A DNA stretch of 63,462 nt, filler included, from Polymyxa betae A26-41 (Eukaryota > Protista > Endomyxa: Phytomyxea), in the NCBI GenBank assembly GCA_003693705.1. It is 6 parts of 6 records of this genome, joined end to end, with 100 filler letters (N's around TTAATTAATTAA, not from the genome) between each part and the next. Parts side by side here need not be neighbours in the genome. Positions count along the whole stretch, not along the records: positions 12,743 to 23,530 come from RBZT01000208.1; positions 23,631 to 48,771 come from RBZT01000785.1; 4 more parts are not named here. One strand, written 5' to 3'. Below are positions 12,743-25,496 of the stretch, piece by piece. Every line of letters begins with the position of its first letter. Positions within the stretch are counted from its first letter, which is position 1. Below the pieces are notes generated by a model. That model saw nothing but the letters and a program-made list of their open reading frames with translations. It made no database searches and was not told the DNA's origin. Position numbers and translations under genes: made by a program.

Positions 12743-15166
12743 CTGTCCAATCAGTTGCCGAAAAGGAGGTATCAGCTGCTACAAACCCGCAATCGGAATT
12801 TTCAGAAAAGAAGGCAGAGCTTGGTGACGATGGCAATAATGCAATTACAGACGATGGTAAAGCCCAGAATAGTCAGTTAGCGGAAAAGGTCCGCGATAAC
12901 ATGTTCTGTCTGCGGGGAGCAAGGACATAATACAAAAACTTGCAAGAAATGATGGGAGACCTAGGATTTTAATGGCGGCATCCATCATATTCAATTATTC
13001 AATACACATGTAGTTATAAGAATACGAGTATTATTGTGGTCGTAGATCTAAGAGGTATGCGACCGCCTATATAGGAGGTCGCGCCGTTTCCAATATCCGG
13101 ATCTACATCGGGATAATGATCAGTGCTGATTTCGGGCTCGGTCTGTTCCGTGACGGACTCCGCCGGGACCTGGTCCATATTGACAGTCAGATCGGACGGA
13201 TCCAGCTGTTGCAGAGACGGACACCGGCTTAGGACGTTCCCGGACATGAAACACGGATCTGATTACGTCAGTGGTCTGATGTTGAGTATTATGTTTCACA
13301 ATGAACTTAGTGACTCGGTTCTCGATGTGGATTGATCTCTGATTGAGTCACGTTACACTAATCATGACTCCGTATGCCTCACGATAGGTCCGTCTTTCTC
13401 GCCTCTTCCATAAGATCAATCCTCCACTCTGCAGAGGGCATTGCATCGAATCTTTCAAACCCTAACAGCGACACATTTGCAAGATGTAACAAATTGAGTA
13501 ACAGTATTTTTGACGTAGCACGAACAGTTGGGTATCGGACCAACTGAAGGAGATTGATAGAGACACATTTGGGATGATATTTGTAAAGGGAGAGATTACC
13601 CCCATATCAATAAACCAGAAGTTCCGCCATATAGAACGATTTATCAGTTTTTGATGCGTATTGCCGTATTCTCTCATACGATCCGGCAATATATCACGGA
13701 TTGAACAGGTGAGTTTGAGACATCCGACATCTGGTCTGCAATGGCTTCGTCCAGTTCTTTTATCAGAATGCCAAATAGTTTACGGACTTATCATCCTAAT
13801 CACTTATCATATGATTCATATCTGTTGAGAATATTTTTACTTTTAAGGTATAAAAGAAGAAATTGTAAACCTTGCGATTATCAGGCTCAGCATCTGTTTG
13901 TGAAGATGTTCAACACGTATCTGAATTTGATAAAGACAACGGCTTGATGCAGTGCGTTTGTAGAAGAGCTCGTTCAGGTGAGCTTTATGGAATCGGATTC
14001 AAGCAGAAGCCCTCTCATGATATCAGACAAATGAAAGATCCGCTTCTGGTTACTGATATGAGGTGGTGATTCGATCTGATCTCGACATCATCGCGAAGAT
14101 GTTTTAGAGTATACTCAGATACTCGAACCTTAAAACCCTAATCAGATATTCGTATATACCGGCCTGAGGCTTCCAGACGGATAACATCAGGGCAGAATCG
14201 ATATCGATGCTCTTCACAGAAATACTGAAAGATGGGAAGGAGAGGAATAGAGCGAGCGATAGAGCTCGAGCACATTTCAAGTTCAGGTTCTGTTTGATGC
14301 CTGGTTAGCTCGGATGCTGCCATAACGGGATTCTGGGGAGCTTATTGAGCGCTCCATTCATCTTTGGTAAACCGACAGGAATCATGATCGAATCAGCAGC
14401 CTGAAATTGCGGGAATATTTTATCACATAGTTGGCGAGCCAGGAAGAATTTCGTGTCTGAAGCGATGTTAGAGCACGTAGTAGTACTTAATGATTTAAAT
14501 ATTTGACATACACCCCATCATCGCATAATCTTTGTTGATGAATTTACCGGAAAAAATTTCGACAAAATCGTGTTGTACCGTGATCTTTTAACGATGAAAA
14601 AAGTACCACGACTGAGTAATGCAGAAGTAATGAACAAATCCAGATATCCATCATTTAATGCCTGGAGACCGCTTAAGAATAAAAACGCATCGAACCAAAT
14701 TTGGTCTCGATCTCATCTAAGACCTCGATAAGGCCAGAAGCATTTGTTCCTGTTTGCTTTCGTATCTGATACACGATGGTTGATTCCCTCTTGAAACATG
14801 ATTCCTCTGGCAATACTCCAAGGTTGATACGGATTGTGAAAAACTCGAACGGCAATGGTATTGGTGGACGACATCATTACAGAAAGATAGAGCGTACATG
14901 TATTAACCAGTTTTACGCACAGTTTTCAATCGAAACTTTATTTGGGGGGATATTTAACTAAGACCTGGCGCCTATCGATTGTAGGCTACGAAATGTTATT
15001 GTTTCCTGCTTGCCAGACGCAATTCAAGATCGCCGAAAGTATAGCACTACAATTTGCATTAAAAGGAAGCGTTGTATATCAGCTACTGCTGTAACTAAAC
15101 TTAGTCTCCCATCCGAAATTGCTTACAGGCAAACAGGCAAAGAGCTCACAGTATTTGAGCGATTGG

Positions 15167-15167
<1 letters not shown>

Positions 15168-15202
<35 letters not shown>
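15168..15202. repeat. Compound microsatellite (TG)n(GA)n
   Basis: tgtgtgtgtgtgt followed by gagagagagagagagagagaga. Confidence 0.95.
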
Positions 15203-15873
15203 GCTGGGCTTCTCACTTAATACAGCCAACATTCTTGGAATTATTAGCGCATCTTCATATATTTGAGACTGAATTGCAAGATGACGTACAATCCATCAAA
15301 AGCTTCCTACTAATTTAGCATGAGCGATACTGACGAAAGCAGAGAAGGAAAATGATCGGAAACATTAATAAAATTGTACTGTCCGATGTTAGGGAAACAG
15401 ATCGAATACATAGCGAACAGGAGGGCGAGCACGACGCCCAGATCGGGTAGAGGATCCAACGGGACTCGAGCAGGCGGTTGATGGGGTTGATATCAGCATG
15501 GGCACAATGTCGTCCAGAATGCTCCTCTTCAGCCTTCCGATGATGCTGAAACCTCGCCACCGACGATATGATTTTGTAGAGAATCGCGAGTAGATGATCT
15601 CCATTATAGGTCTTCGATGTCTGAAATGTGACGTCTGCATAGTCCAGAAATCGGTTAAAACCTTGTTAAATCTACAATCGAATTTGGTAGAAAACGTACT
15701 CCAATAACCAATGTGTTAACCCCTTCAATTAATAATAAATTAGAAATGGCTGAGTGCCAGAAAGTTAGACGTCGCAATTTTTTGTGTTCTGATCCGAATA
15801 CAGTGCGTAGAAAGAGGTTGTCTGCGTGACGGAGTGTTGTGCCGATTATTACCTTCATCGTTGTTCTATCGTC

Positions 15874-16984
15874 ATGAACAGGCTCGCTGTTATCGTCTAT
15901 ACCACGGTCATGATGGCCGCAGCCACCAATTACGACGTCGACTTGAAGATCTACCAATCTCTGAACCTCATCTCGGACTACATCGACGACCCGGCCGTAC
16001 TGCCCCGCCTGGCCCTGGTGTGTCGGTGGGCGCGTGAGACCGTCCACGACCGCCTGCGTGTCACGCAGATATTTAACCCAACCTATGAGACAGATGTGTT
16101 CACTCGTCTACTTAAAACCATCCTGTTGGAATCTCGCACTCGTCCGAGCCTGATCAGTCTGCTAACGTTACATCTGACTGTCCCGGGAAACGTTATGTAT
16201 CTATCAGATCGACTGTACCGAGCTTGTGGCGCCGATTTTCAAATCGTTCTGGATTGCGTGCGGCTTTTTCTCACGGAATGTCGCTGTTCAACGCTGTCCG
16301 AGCTTCTTGTGGCCCGTTTAAGCCGTACAGATCGCCTGCTTCGGACTTTATGTCAGCCACTGCTGGAGGTTGCAGCCCCATATTACACCCCAATCGACAC
16401 CGATGTCCTACCCTCTCGCCTACGGCATATCCTACGGACTAACTCACAGTCCGGACACTGGGTCCGCCGTCGTACTGGTCCCGCACGACGAGGGCCGCCG
16501 CATCCTCACGGACCTGATATGGCTGCATTGTCATGCCCTGATCCGCGAGCAGCCCGCTCTGGTGTCCGTACTGGCCCGCTGCGGAGTCCGCTTCAATCTG
16601 ATGCATTTCCGGCTGTTGCAGGCCGCCGAAGCCGAACAGGTCGCTCCGTATCTGCTCTATCATATGAATGCGTTCCGTGGCATGTTCGCCGACGCCGTAC
16701 GCCGGGACCAGTACGACGTCGTGGTCGTGCTGTTACGCGAGCCTGCGCTATTGCGTGCGATTTGGATTGACATACGGATGTGCCCGAATCGCCTGTTTCT
16801 GTTCGCGGCAAGATTACTGTCCGTAGAGCGTGGTCTCAGGGAATTACAAGACCTGTTGGAACGTGTGCCGGGAATGCGTGGCGCTATCCGTATATATGGG
16901 TGTTTGGATCGTCAAGAGCTGTTGCGATGTCTCGATAAGTATCATGAACTGCATTCCATAAGGCAAGCATTGAGCAGCAACTGA
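15874..16984 (+). CDS. Candidate secreted protein with F-box-like motif, one frameshift near 16435
   Basis: Hydrophobic leader MNRLAVIVYTTVMMAAA, then LNLISDYIDDPAVLPRLALVCRWARETV, which is F-box-like. The Leu-rich helical body continues in the 16370..16984 frame. GC-rich block, with AATAAA just downstream. Confidence 0.55.
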
Positions 16985-17530
16985 TCGGAAACCCTAACCC
17001 TAGGTAGATACAATAATAAATCTCGTTTTTATTCTAAATTATGCAAACGAACTTGCTAGTTGCGCGTGCAACTCTCTATACTTCGAGGGGACCACGTCTA
17101 TTAGATTGTGAGCAGAGAGAGCTTGATGGTGAGGAGTTGGGCTGGTCTATTGGTCGGCAGCACAGAGCGTGTTTCTGACTGTGCTGTACGTGATCCGGAC
17201 ACCACTGTCTCTGCATGCAGCTTGATTTCCAATGGGGAATCCCCATCGCTATAGTGCTCCTTCAGCGCTGATCATTTAAGAGAGTCCGAAAACGTTACTT
17301 GTGGGCTGAGTCCGACACCGATTGTAAGCGGCTGTGATTCCGCTGGTGATAAGCCCGAACCGCTGATCAAAAGATACATTGCTCGAAAGAAGAATAAAAC
17401 TGCGACTCCGTGGTCATACATAGACCTGTAGGACAACGTTGTCGTACAACTACTGTACCTGTAGCGGGTATCATACTCACTGCTGTATTGTAAGCTGCCC
17501 GAAAAGTCTAATGATCTCCTAAAAAAAGAA

Positions 17531-17603
17531 TTCCGGTACGGGGAATTGAACCCCGGTCTCCTACGTGAGAGGCAGGTATACTAAACCACTGTACTATACC
17601 GGA
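17531..17603 (-). tRNA. tRNA-Glu (anticodon CTC)
   Basis: The rc reads TCCGGTA-TAGTACAGTGGTTTAGTATA-CCTGC CT CTC AC GTAGG-AGACCGGGGTTCAATTCCCCG-TACCGGA-A, a full cloverleaf followed by a T-run Pol III terminator. Confidence 0.96.
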
Positions 17604-17967
17604 CTTTTACTTTTCTTTGCTACGGGATAGACATGAAGGTGGGTTTCATGAACATCTGTAGGATGTGAGTCAGCATTATCAATATCTGGAGATTGGTCGA
17701 CCTGCTCTCATACTCACACCATTGTAACTTGATCATACTAATAATATGAGGCTATTAAACACCATCTCATGATACCTCACGAATTTGCACGAATGTGGGA
17801 TACTGTTATCCTTATCGACTTCCCAGATTGAGGCTGCCAACTCTGTCTCTTGATCTGGGTTAGGGTTTTTAGCTTACACAGTGTAGAATCTACAACTGTC
17901 GGGAGACAGTCCGGCACTATCCTAACGGGGCAGCCGGGGCTACCTCTCTGGAAATCGAACATGTCAC

Positions 17968-18975
17968 ATGTGGGAGCTTTTATGCGCGGATGAATTATTT
18001 TATGCGCAAACTGGGAATCGACTCTATCTCAGCATACGGCGATGGACTGATTTTCTGAAACTTACCCAAAGCCGGGTTTTTCGAATTGAAGTGACTTCAT
18101 CAGCCGCACTTGAGTATATCATGGACCAGCTCGACCATGAGTACTTTGTTTACAAGATTTTTATACTCTGGGTTCACATTCGTTTTGAGTCGCTGCGCGA
18201 TTGTCAGGAGATACACAAGTGAGGAAATGAGAGCATATTGCTGAGTGGATCTATACAGGCTGGAGGACCTATATAACTCGGGGCTTGGTGACAAGTCTAG
18301 TAAGAGACCATTCAATCCACTCAAGGATTCAGAAAACGAGCATTTGTGAAGGATAACGTCCAGGGTTTTGAGGCGGAATTCATTGATCTTTTTCACCAGA
18401 TAATCTCAGAACAATATCCAAAGATTGAAGGGCGGGCACTACTGACTTCTTTACACAAAACACGCTATCAATATAACTTGATCATCAGAGTGGAATTCAT
18501 ATTGGATGAACTGATTCGTACAGCAAGTCGACGTCTCATCACAGGGTTCTTCACCACATTGGATCGCAGCAACTTTGGCTAGGGACGTTACTTGAGAAAT
18601 ATTGGTGCAGATCGGCAGCAGGCTTTTGCATTGATTGAAATTTGAGCGGAATGCTGATAAAAAACCTCTTGGGAAATCTACGATAACGGGAATGAATATG
18701 AGGCGGTGACAAAATCCAGAGTACAGCAACATCTTAGGGATATATTTGCGATGAAGGCCCAGAGCGTACGGCTCTGGGATTCTCATTATCGCCGGCTTCA
18801 TACTGCTCTATCATCAACCACCCGCCGCCTGAATAAGACGTGCTCGATTGTGCAGAGAAACAGTTATCATCTTGTATTGAACCAAATCGAACTATACGAC
18901 GTAGATCGAATTATACGACGTAGCATGATAAATGCGGTGGCGTGGCATCCGGGATTCGCGATTCGTTTTGATTGA
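17968..18975 (+). pseudogene. Orphan pseudogene between the two tRNA genes
   Basis: ORFs 17968, 18346 and 18706 lie in the same frame and are separated by in-frame stops. Confidence 0.4.
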
Positions 18976-19329
18976 CGCATGAGTGATTGCTGGAATGAGG
19001 ACATCTCAAGTAGACCGTGGACCCAGTCCGAAATCTTTACAATATGTTGTGATGCCATCAATTACAATGATTGTAGGATTGTAATCAAATTGACCGCATC
19101 TATAGCGGCACTCTCGGGCAGACAGAGAAACACCAGATCAGCCTCGTTCAAGAGACACTCCACCTAATCAGTTATGTTACTCTCATGCATTTTCATTAGT
19201 TAGGTATGAAGAAACATAATGTTTGCGTACTCAATGAATGAATCATGCATAGAACCAAAGTCAAAATTGTCTCCCACATTGTGTAGACTTGCGAACTCAT
19301 TGGTTGCGTGAGTCAACATTATCAACTGT

Positions 19330-19403
19330 GTCCGGATGGTGTAGTTGGTTATCACACCTGTCTAACACACAGGAGGTCTCCAGTTCGAGTCTGGGTCGGG
19401 ACA
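19330..19403 (+). tRNA. tRNA-Val (anticodon AAC)
   Basis: GTCCGGA-TGGTGTAGTTGGTTATCACA-CCTGT CT AAC AC ACAGG-AGGTCTCCAGTTCGAGTCTGGG-TCGGGAC-A, followed by a TTTTTT terminator. Confidence 0.95.
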
Positions 19404-19844
19404 TTTTTTGACAACTATTTCCACTGAATGTTGCAATTGCGTCCTGAAGACCTGAACTACAGTATCTCTGTAACGGCAAACCTTTCCCTCAGTCGACAGA
19501 CGGCGCAATCCTCTAGCTGTCGATTAATGCTGACACCACCGCCTCTTTTTATCTACCTTAATTGGCGACCGTGGTTGGAGCTGTAAACAAGACGTGTTAA
19601 ACTCAATATTGATATCAAGTGATGATTGCAGAATAGATTGTTTTTTTGGGAAAACTTTTCTTCATCTTCTTGGTTTGGGGTTGTCTACGGGCGCAGCCCG
19701 CTCACATCCTGGCTGGCTCGCTCACCTGGAAGAGGGTGTCGACGTGTCGTGCAGAAACTGCGAAAACAACTGGTTTTTGAAGAGGCTGCGCAACTCAACG
19801 AAGTGCGAAGTTTCTAGATTCGATATCCTGTCTCGATTTCTGAG

Positions 19845-20696
19845 ATGGCGCCTGTGACCGCCACCGATAATGGAACCCAGGAAGAAGGGATTCAATCAAA
19901 GAAGCGACGTATGGATACCCCTGGGATCGAACAGCCATCTTCAACGCAGACGACGCAGACGAATCGTGATGAGGTCGTCGACCAACCTGCACAGATAATG
20001 CTGCTTTCGGATTGCGAATGTCGCGTCCTTTCAAAACAAGCACAAATGAGGTTAGTTCAGCGCCTGCATAAATCCTATCCGGATGTATCTCTCGGAGCCA
20101 ATCCGCTCTACTACTGGCTGTCCGGTATACGTGAATATGAGCGTTTCCTGATGTTAGCGGTCGCCATCGGCCAGAACTACGCGCCCATGTTCTATCGATC
20201 GGAATCCATAGAAAGAATATGGCGGATGCATCTGATTGATACGCGGTGCTATCAAAAGACGATCCATACAATGGCGGAGGATGATTGGGAATACGAATTT
20301 GTTCTACATCATGATCCTGATCTTGATGAGCCTCGACGTAGCTTACGATATCGTTTTCTGTTTGAAAATTTGAAGACAGATGCATGTCAGCATCTATCCG
20401 AATGGTGGCCGAAGCCCTCGGACACGATCATGACCACGTATCCGTACTCCGGATCTGTAAATATCGATCACGATCAGCTCATAAAGATCGTGGTTAAAGA
20501 CGAGGCTGATTGGGTGATCAGTCTGGAAGTTCCTATCAGCGGTACTCTGGAGACTATCATGCAAGAGTATAGACACTACACTGGTAATGAGCAAGACGAT
20601 ATTGACTTGAAATGTGATCGCTGTCCGTTAGAAGATAATAAGTCATTAAGCGAACTCGGACTCCAGGATGGGGACGTCATACTATCAATTTGTTAG
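19845..20696 (+). CDS. GRDP-like domain fused to a C-terminal SUMO/ubiquitin-like domain (283 aa)
   Basis: EYERFLML...P...IERIWRMHLIDTRCY...LHHDP matches the GRDP-like pattern. IKIVVKD...TLETIMQEY...LEDNKSLSELGLQDGDVI is a ubiquitin/SUMO fold signature. Intact ORF with an NLS-like KKRR. Confidence 0.75.
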   Translation: MAPVTATDNGTQEEGIQSKKRRMDTPGIEQPSSTQTTQTNRDEVVDQPAQIMLLSDCECRVLSKQAQMRLVQRLHKSYPDVSLGANPLYYWLSGIREYERFLMLAVAIGQNYAPMFYRSESIERIWRMHLIDTRCYQKTIHTMAEDDWEYEFVLHHDPDLDEPRRSLRYRFLFENLKTDACQHLSEWWPKPSDTIMTTYPYSGSVNIDHDQLIKIVVKDEADWVISLEVPISGTLETIMQEYRHYTGNEQDDIDLKCDRCPLEDNKSLSELGLQDGDVILSIC

Positions 20697-20736
20697 TCCA
20701 TCTTCAATTATAACCATCATCTTCTAATCACATAAA

Positions 20737-20891
20737 TGGGTGAATTAGTTATCGGCTCTGAAACTGGAAGTAAGAGTCCCCTGATAGATATTGAGGCGAT
20801 GCCTCAGTACTACCTGCCTTGCGCGATGGTTACCGCGCCGCCCGTTGACAAAATCAACAAACTTGTATATCCAATCCAATCCAATCCAATC
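20737..20891 (+). mobile_element. 5'-truncated non-LTR retroposon/SINE-like insertion with (CCAAT)n tail
   Basis: 16-bp TSD cttctaatcacataaa at 20721-20736 and 20892-20907, tail ccaatccaatccaatccaatcc, and homology to the 3' end of the LINE remnant at 59680-59830. Confidence 0.85.
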
Positions 20892-22419
20892 CTTCTAATC
20901 ACATAAAACAATCTGCGATCTTGACTTCGTTAGCATTGCCATCTCCGTACTGGACCATTCTGTTGGTGTGTGTTTGGATCACCACATATATTTCGTTACG
21001 AATCGACTGTCTACAGTTGTTCTTAAATATGCTATCAGATCTGGGATATCTCACTTCTGTAAAGTGATTTTTTTCGAAATTTTGTTTGAAATTAAGTCCT
21101 TCAATGCCAAAATTCTTCAGTTCAACTCATGAACCGTCCTAATAGACATATTCCAGCTGTAAACCACTGAGCCGAACATTCTGGTCCAGCATGATAGTTG
21201 GCAATGATTGATATGGGCGGCTTTTTTGCCCTTTCAGTTATGGACAAAATTGAAGTTCTAAAAATGGATGGAAATAGACCACGCTGAAATCTTTCGACTC
21301 TGAATCTGCCTGAGTCACTGCATTTTTTGGGATTGAATGCGAGAACTGTTCTATGGATGAGATATGATGAGTGCTTTCACAGACTGAGCATCAATCAGAT
21401 GACAAACTTGATTGCATCCTACTGATCGCGTCCTTTTAATTCTGCGTCTATTTCAAAACTTGTTTCAGAGACACTGCGTCGATAAGTTCGGTAATCAACA
21501 CAAGAAAAATTCGCATATTCTATCTGAAAGAAAAACACATGGATATTCCGAAAACTTGAGGGGGATTCTGGTTCCATAAATCTCAATTCCTGTGTAATTA
21601 TTCCAGTTCATCCAGCAGCGTGCTCGCATTAACTCCCTCTAAAGCATGTAGCCCTATCTCATATTACAAAACATTCAGCATTTGATCTCCAGACAAAACA
21701 TCAAACAAATACGGCATTGTCGGATCAGATGGGAGTTTCGGCACAGGATATTAATGTATAAAACCCTTGCAGGGCCGGAACGTTTTATAAAACAGACTAT
21801 ATCCGCCTTTTTGCGGACCTGTGTCGAGAAAAGGTTTAGTTGGTTCGTTATTCAGCTCGGAAACGATATCGGCGGCCAAGGAATTGCCAGCCATAATCCT
21901 GCATGTCTAATCTCCAGATCCGCTCAACAAAAAATGCGCTTTCAACATCTCATACGGTAGATCTATCATGATTGTTAAAACCGTTCATATTCACGCTGAC
22001 AAATGTTCGGATTGTCGTAATCAAAATTCAGCTGACGGTTCTGCGTTCTTTCATTCGATATATTGGTAGTGAGCATCCATCATAGAGATCTGGGGTGGGC
22101 AGGGGATCGCAATCGATAGGCTACAACAGTCATGCTGGAACTTGCAATTCTTGATCAGACAAAAGTCTGGTATAAAAGCGGCTGAGCTCCGGGTCGGCAG
22201 TGTAACACCTTTCGGCTAGCAAGACTCTACCGAGCTCAGGCTCTCGTTAATAACCCAATACAGAGTGTTTTATTTCCCACAACACCATAACAATGCAACA
22301 ACTTCGTGATGGGAAAAGCCGACTGATCACCAACATAACACAAACACTACACCAGCCCGGATTCGGTAACATAGCCCCTAACGAAGGTCCCGATCGATAA
22401 TCGGTCACTCGTTCGACGC

Positions 22420-23000
22420 TGAGTCGTACGACAGGCAGCTCAGCGCAAATGAAGGCGTCGACGTCATCCTCTGTGCGGATGCTGTCCTCGTTATGAAGCC
22501 AGAAGATTGCATTCAAGTGTGGTAGGCCCCGCTTTTGGAACTCGAGCATTGCAGCAAAAACGACTACTCGTACGAAGATGCCGTGCTTGGTAATCGAATC
22601 CAGGAACATACTCCGACAAAAATGGAACACTCGGCAGATGAAATCAGGTCGATCCGAGGCCAGCTGACCTGGTAATTCCCGAGTGATTTTAACCCATGCT
22701 GGACTACAGGTATAAGAACAAACAGGCCCGGCTTGCCGAACTTGCGCACGATGGACATACCGTTCTGGTGCTGTTGGAATTGGTCCCTTGGCGATCCAAT
22801 GAACAAAGAAGGCAAGACCACCCTTCGCCCGACATCATCGAAATCGGATTCTCCAACCAGGATCTGATCCTTGATGACAGGATAGGCGTGCGTATAGGAG
22901 AGGGTGGACTTGCTATCGACCTGTTAAGATTAGTTTTAGCTGTATAATTCTAAATTAATCAGCCTTGTCCGGTTCGACAACTTTCGTCTCTGGGCTGGAA
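22420..23000 (-). mobile_element. Helitron Rep-domain remnant
   Basis: VVLPSLFIGSPR...MSIVRKFGKPGLFV and EFQKRGLPHLNAIFWL...VDAFICAELP are Helitron Rep/HUH motifs. Frameshifted and truncated. Confidence 0.9.
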
Positions 23001-23530
23001 GCAGTAAATTGATGAGCCCGTCTTCAAGCGCAGGAGGATGTATTCTACGCTCGCGATAGTAGGTAATACTAAGAGTAGCGGACGAAGTAAGCTGTGATTT
23101 ATTTAATTAATTAGTAGAACCGGATCGAGTATTCTGTGACTGTGTGATGTAATTGATCTGTGCTGGAGAAATGTTCGATCTCGAGCAGATCTCGAGTACG
23201 TTAGCGTTTTTACGGCAAACGATGAATAGTTCAAGCTTTAATTTTTTTGTGAAGCAAGTGTATTGGTGTTATGGATGTGTCATGAAACTGCGCTACTCTC
23301 AACATTTTCTGCGCTTAGTTAGGAAACTGCGCACAAAACCCCGTAATCTGAACTATCTATGACTGACTGGCCCAGAATGCACAATCAACGATTCATCAGT
23401 TTTTGACTGTAATGCCAGCCGTCTTTGACTCTGTCCAAGTCGTCGTCGACCCTGTCCAAGTCGCCTGGTCCACTGTCGACTCCTCGAGTGGCCTGCAGCC
23501 AGTCAGCGTCCTATTTAATCGCCTGATCTC

Positions 23531-23630
23531 NNNNNNNNNNNNNNNNNNNNNNNNNNNNNNNNNNNNNNNNNNNNTTAATTAATTAANNNNNNNNNNNNNN
23601 NNNNNNNNNNNNNNNNNNNNNNNNNNNNNN
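23531..23630. other. Artificial contig-join spacer
   Basis: N44-TTAATTAATTAA-N44. Confidence 0.98.
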
Positions 23631-24466
23631 TGAAACAATTTCACAAGCTTTTTATGCTCCGCACAGGGTGGGCTAGTCTTCCACTTTTTGGCTTTTGGCG
23701 GCATAATGTCGATCTTCGGAAAGAATCAGTTCCAAGGTAGCTGACAGAGGCAGAATCAGAATCAGAATGAAATTGGAAGGACATGGTCTCTCCGTTTCGG
23801 ACTCCGGAGGCAGCTCCATGGGCTTCAATTTTCGCGCCATTTTGGATTCCAGTGACAAAGAGCTAACACAAGCTATATTTAGCTCCCTCAGAAAAGACTA
23901 CATCATGCAAAAAGTTCCGCAAAATTCGGAACTTCCGCAAGTTCCGAAAGCTCCAAAAGTTCAGGAACTTCATTCAAATCTCAATTTTTATTCGACGGTT
24001 TCAGTCTAATGACCAGACTTTCTTCCAAGTTCCGCCCGAATCTTGAAATATTGTGTGGAGGTCGAAACATAAGCGCTCGTAGTTTTTGTTAAATCCTTCT
24101 CTTGGCTTCAGTTTTTTCGCGCAAAAAACCAAGTTTTCGCGTTTTTGGCGAATCTTCGCATATTCGAAGCGAAAATTTGGCATAGTCAAGAGCCTGCGCC
24201 TGAAGTTCCGCCCGAAACTTTGCAGAGAATCACTTGCTCTACAAAGTTCTGGGCAGAACTTAGGTTAATCATTGTTGCCGGCATCAAACTCTGAGGTTGA
24301 AAAAACGGTTTTGGCAGAAGTTCCGGACGTTCCGGAACTTTCGGAGCATCAAAAAACTTTGCGCGCAAAATTAAATCTCTGCATTTCAGGATCTGCTGTC
24401 TCATCCCTTGGAGAGAAATGTCCCATATTCAAGACTTGACAGCTGTTTCGGAATGAGGGCTACGCC

Positions 24467-25326
24467 ATGGCCAAGCATGATCCTGGGAAGAGCCATTTTG
24501 TTGGGAACCGACGATGACGTTCTTTATTTGGGACATTCCCCAATGTTTGTGGAATTGTTTGGGATCGTCTAAGAGGGCCGCGTCCACCTGGAGCTAAACC
24601 TGTCCATCTTTTGTGGGCTCTGCTGTTTTAAAAACTTTACGATACTGAGCATGCCAATCGCTCAATAACTGGAGCAGATGAGAAGACGTTTCGGAAATGG
24701 TCCTGGATATTTATTGGCCTCCTTGCGAATATGGATGATGTTGTAAGTGGATATATCGAAATATATATACTCAAACAAAAATTTTACATTGCTAGAATAT
24801 TTGGGAAAATCGTTTCATTGGATCAGTGGAAGGACAAAATTGTTCTGATTCATTAGACGGAACAGATTTTCGTATTTTTGAGCCTTCTCCTTTTGATCGC
24901 AAGTGGTATTCCCATAAATTTCATGGACCGGGATTACGTTACGAGATCGGTTTATATATCCGAACTGGAAATATTGTCTGGGCCCATGGTGGACTTCCCT
25001 GCGGAGAATGGCCTGACCTGCGCCTAGCTCGCAATGCCTATTCTGGTTTTGTTGAAGATGGGGAATTAACTTTGCCGGATAAAGGATATTGTGATCGAAA
25101 ATATTTCATATTTCCAACCGAACAGGATAGCAATAGATCACGGCAAAAAGCAATTATGGCCCGTCACGAAACTGTTAACCGGCGACTAAAGCAGTTTGGT
25201 GTTCTCGGCCAGAAGTTCCGTTATGCGATTCACCGGGATCCCAAGTGTTTTCACGCGGTCGTAAATCTCACTCAAATCATGATCGAAAATGGGGCGCCTT
25301 TGAATTCAATACAGCATCTGCTCTAA
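24467..25326 (+). mobile_element. PIF/Harbinger-superfamily (ISL2EU-like) DDE transposase pseudogene with intron 24743..24795
   Basis: HLLWALLF*KLYDTE...DEKTFRKW, then LDGTDF, YSHKFHGPGLRYE, WPD, DKGY and RHETVNRRLKQF. Contains in-frame stops. Confidence 0.85.
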
Positions 25327-25496
25327 ATGCAGCGGGCCTTGTCTACATATTCGCTTCCAATTTCGAATGGGTCATTGAACTTGCCATCTTTTGCGGAAAA
25401 TTCTATCATGTGAACATTTATACAATCTGAAAGATTGGGTAATTCAAAATTGAATCTGATGAAATATTCAGGTTTCGGAAATTCCCGCACCCCCCA

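Noticed and set aside
15826-16770. 314-aa ORF as the full protein
   Set aside because: Its Arg/Pro-rich last third is out-of-frame read-through after the frameshift. The 16370..16984 frame is the coding-like continuation.
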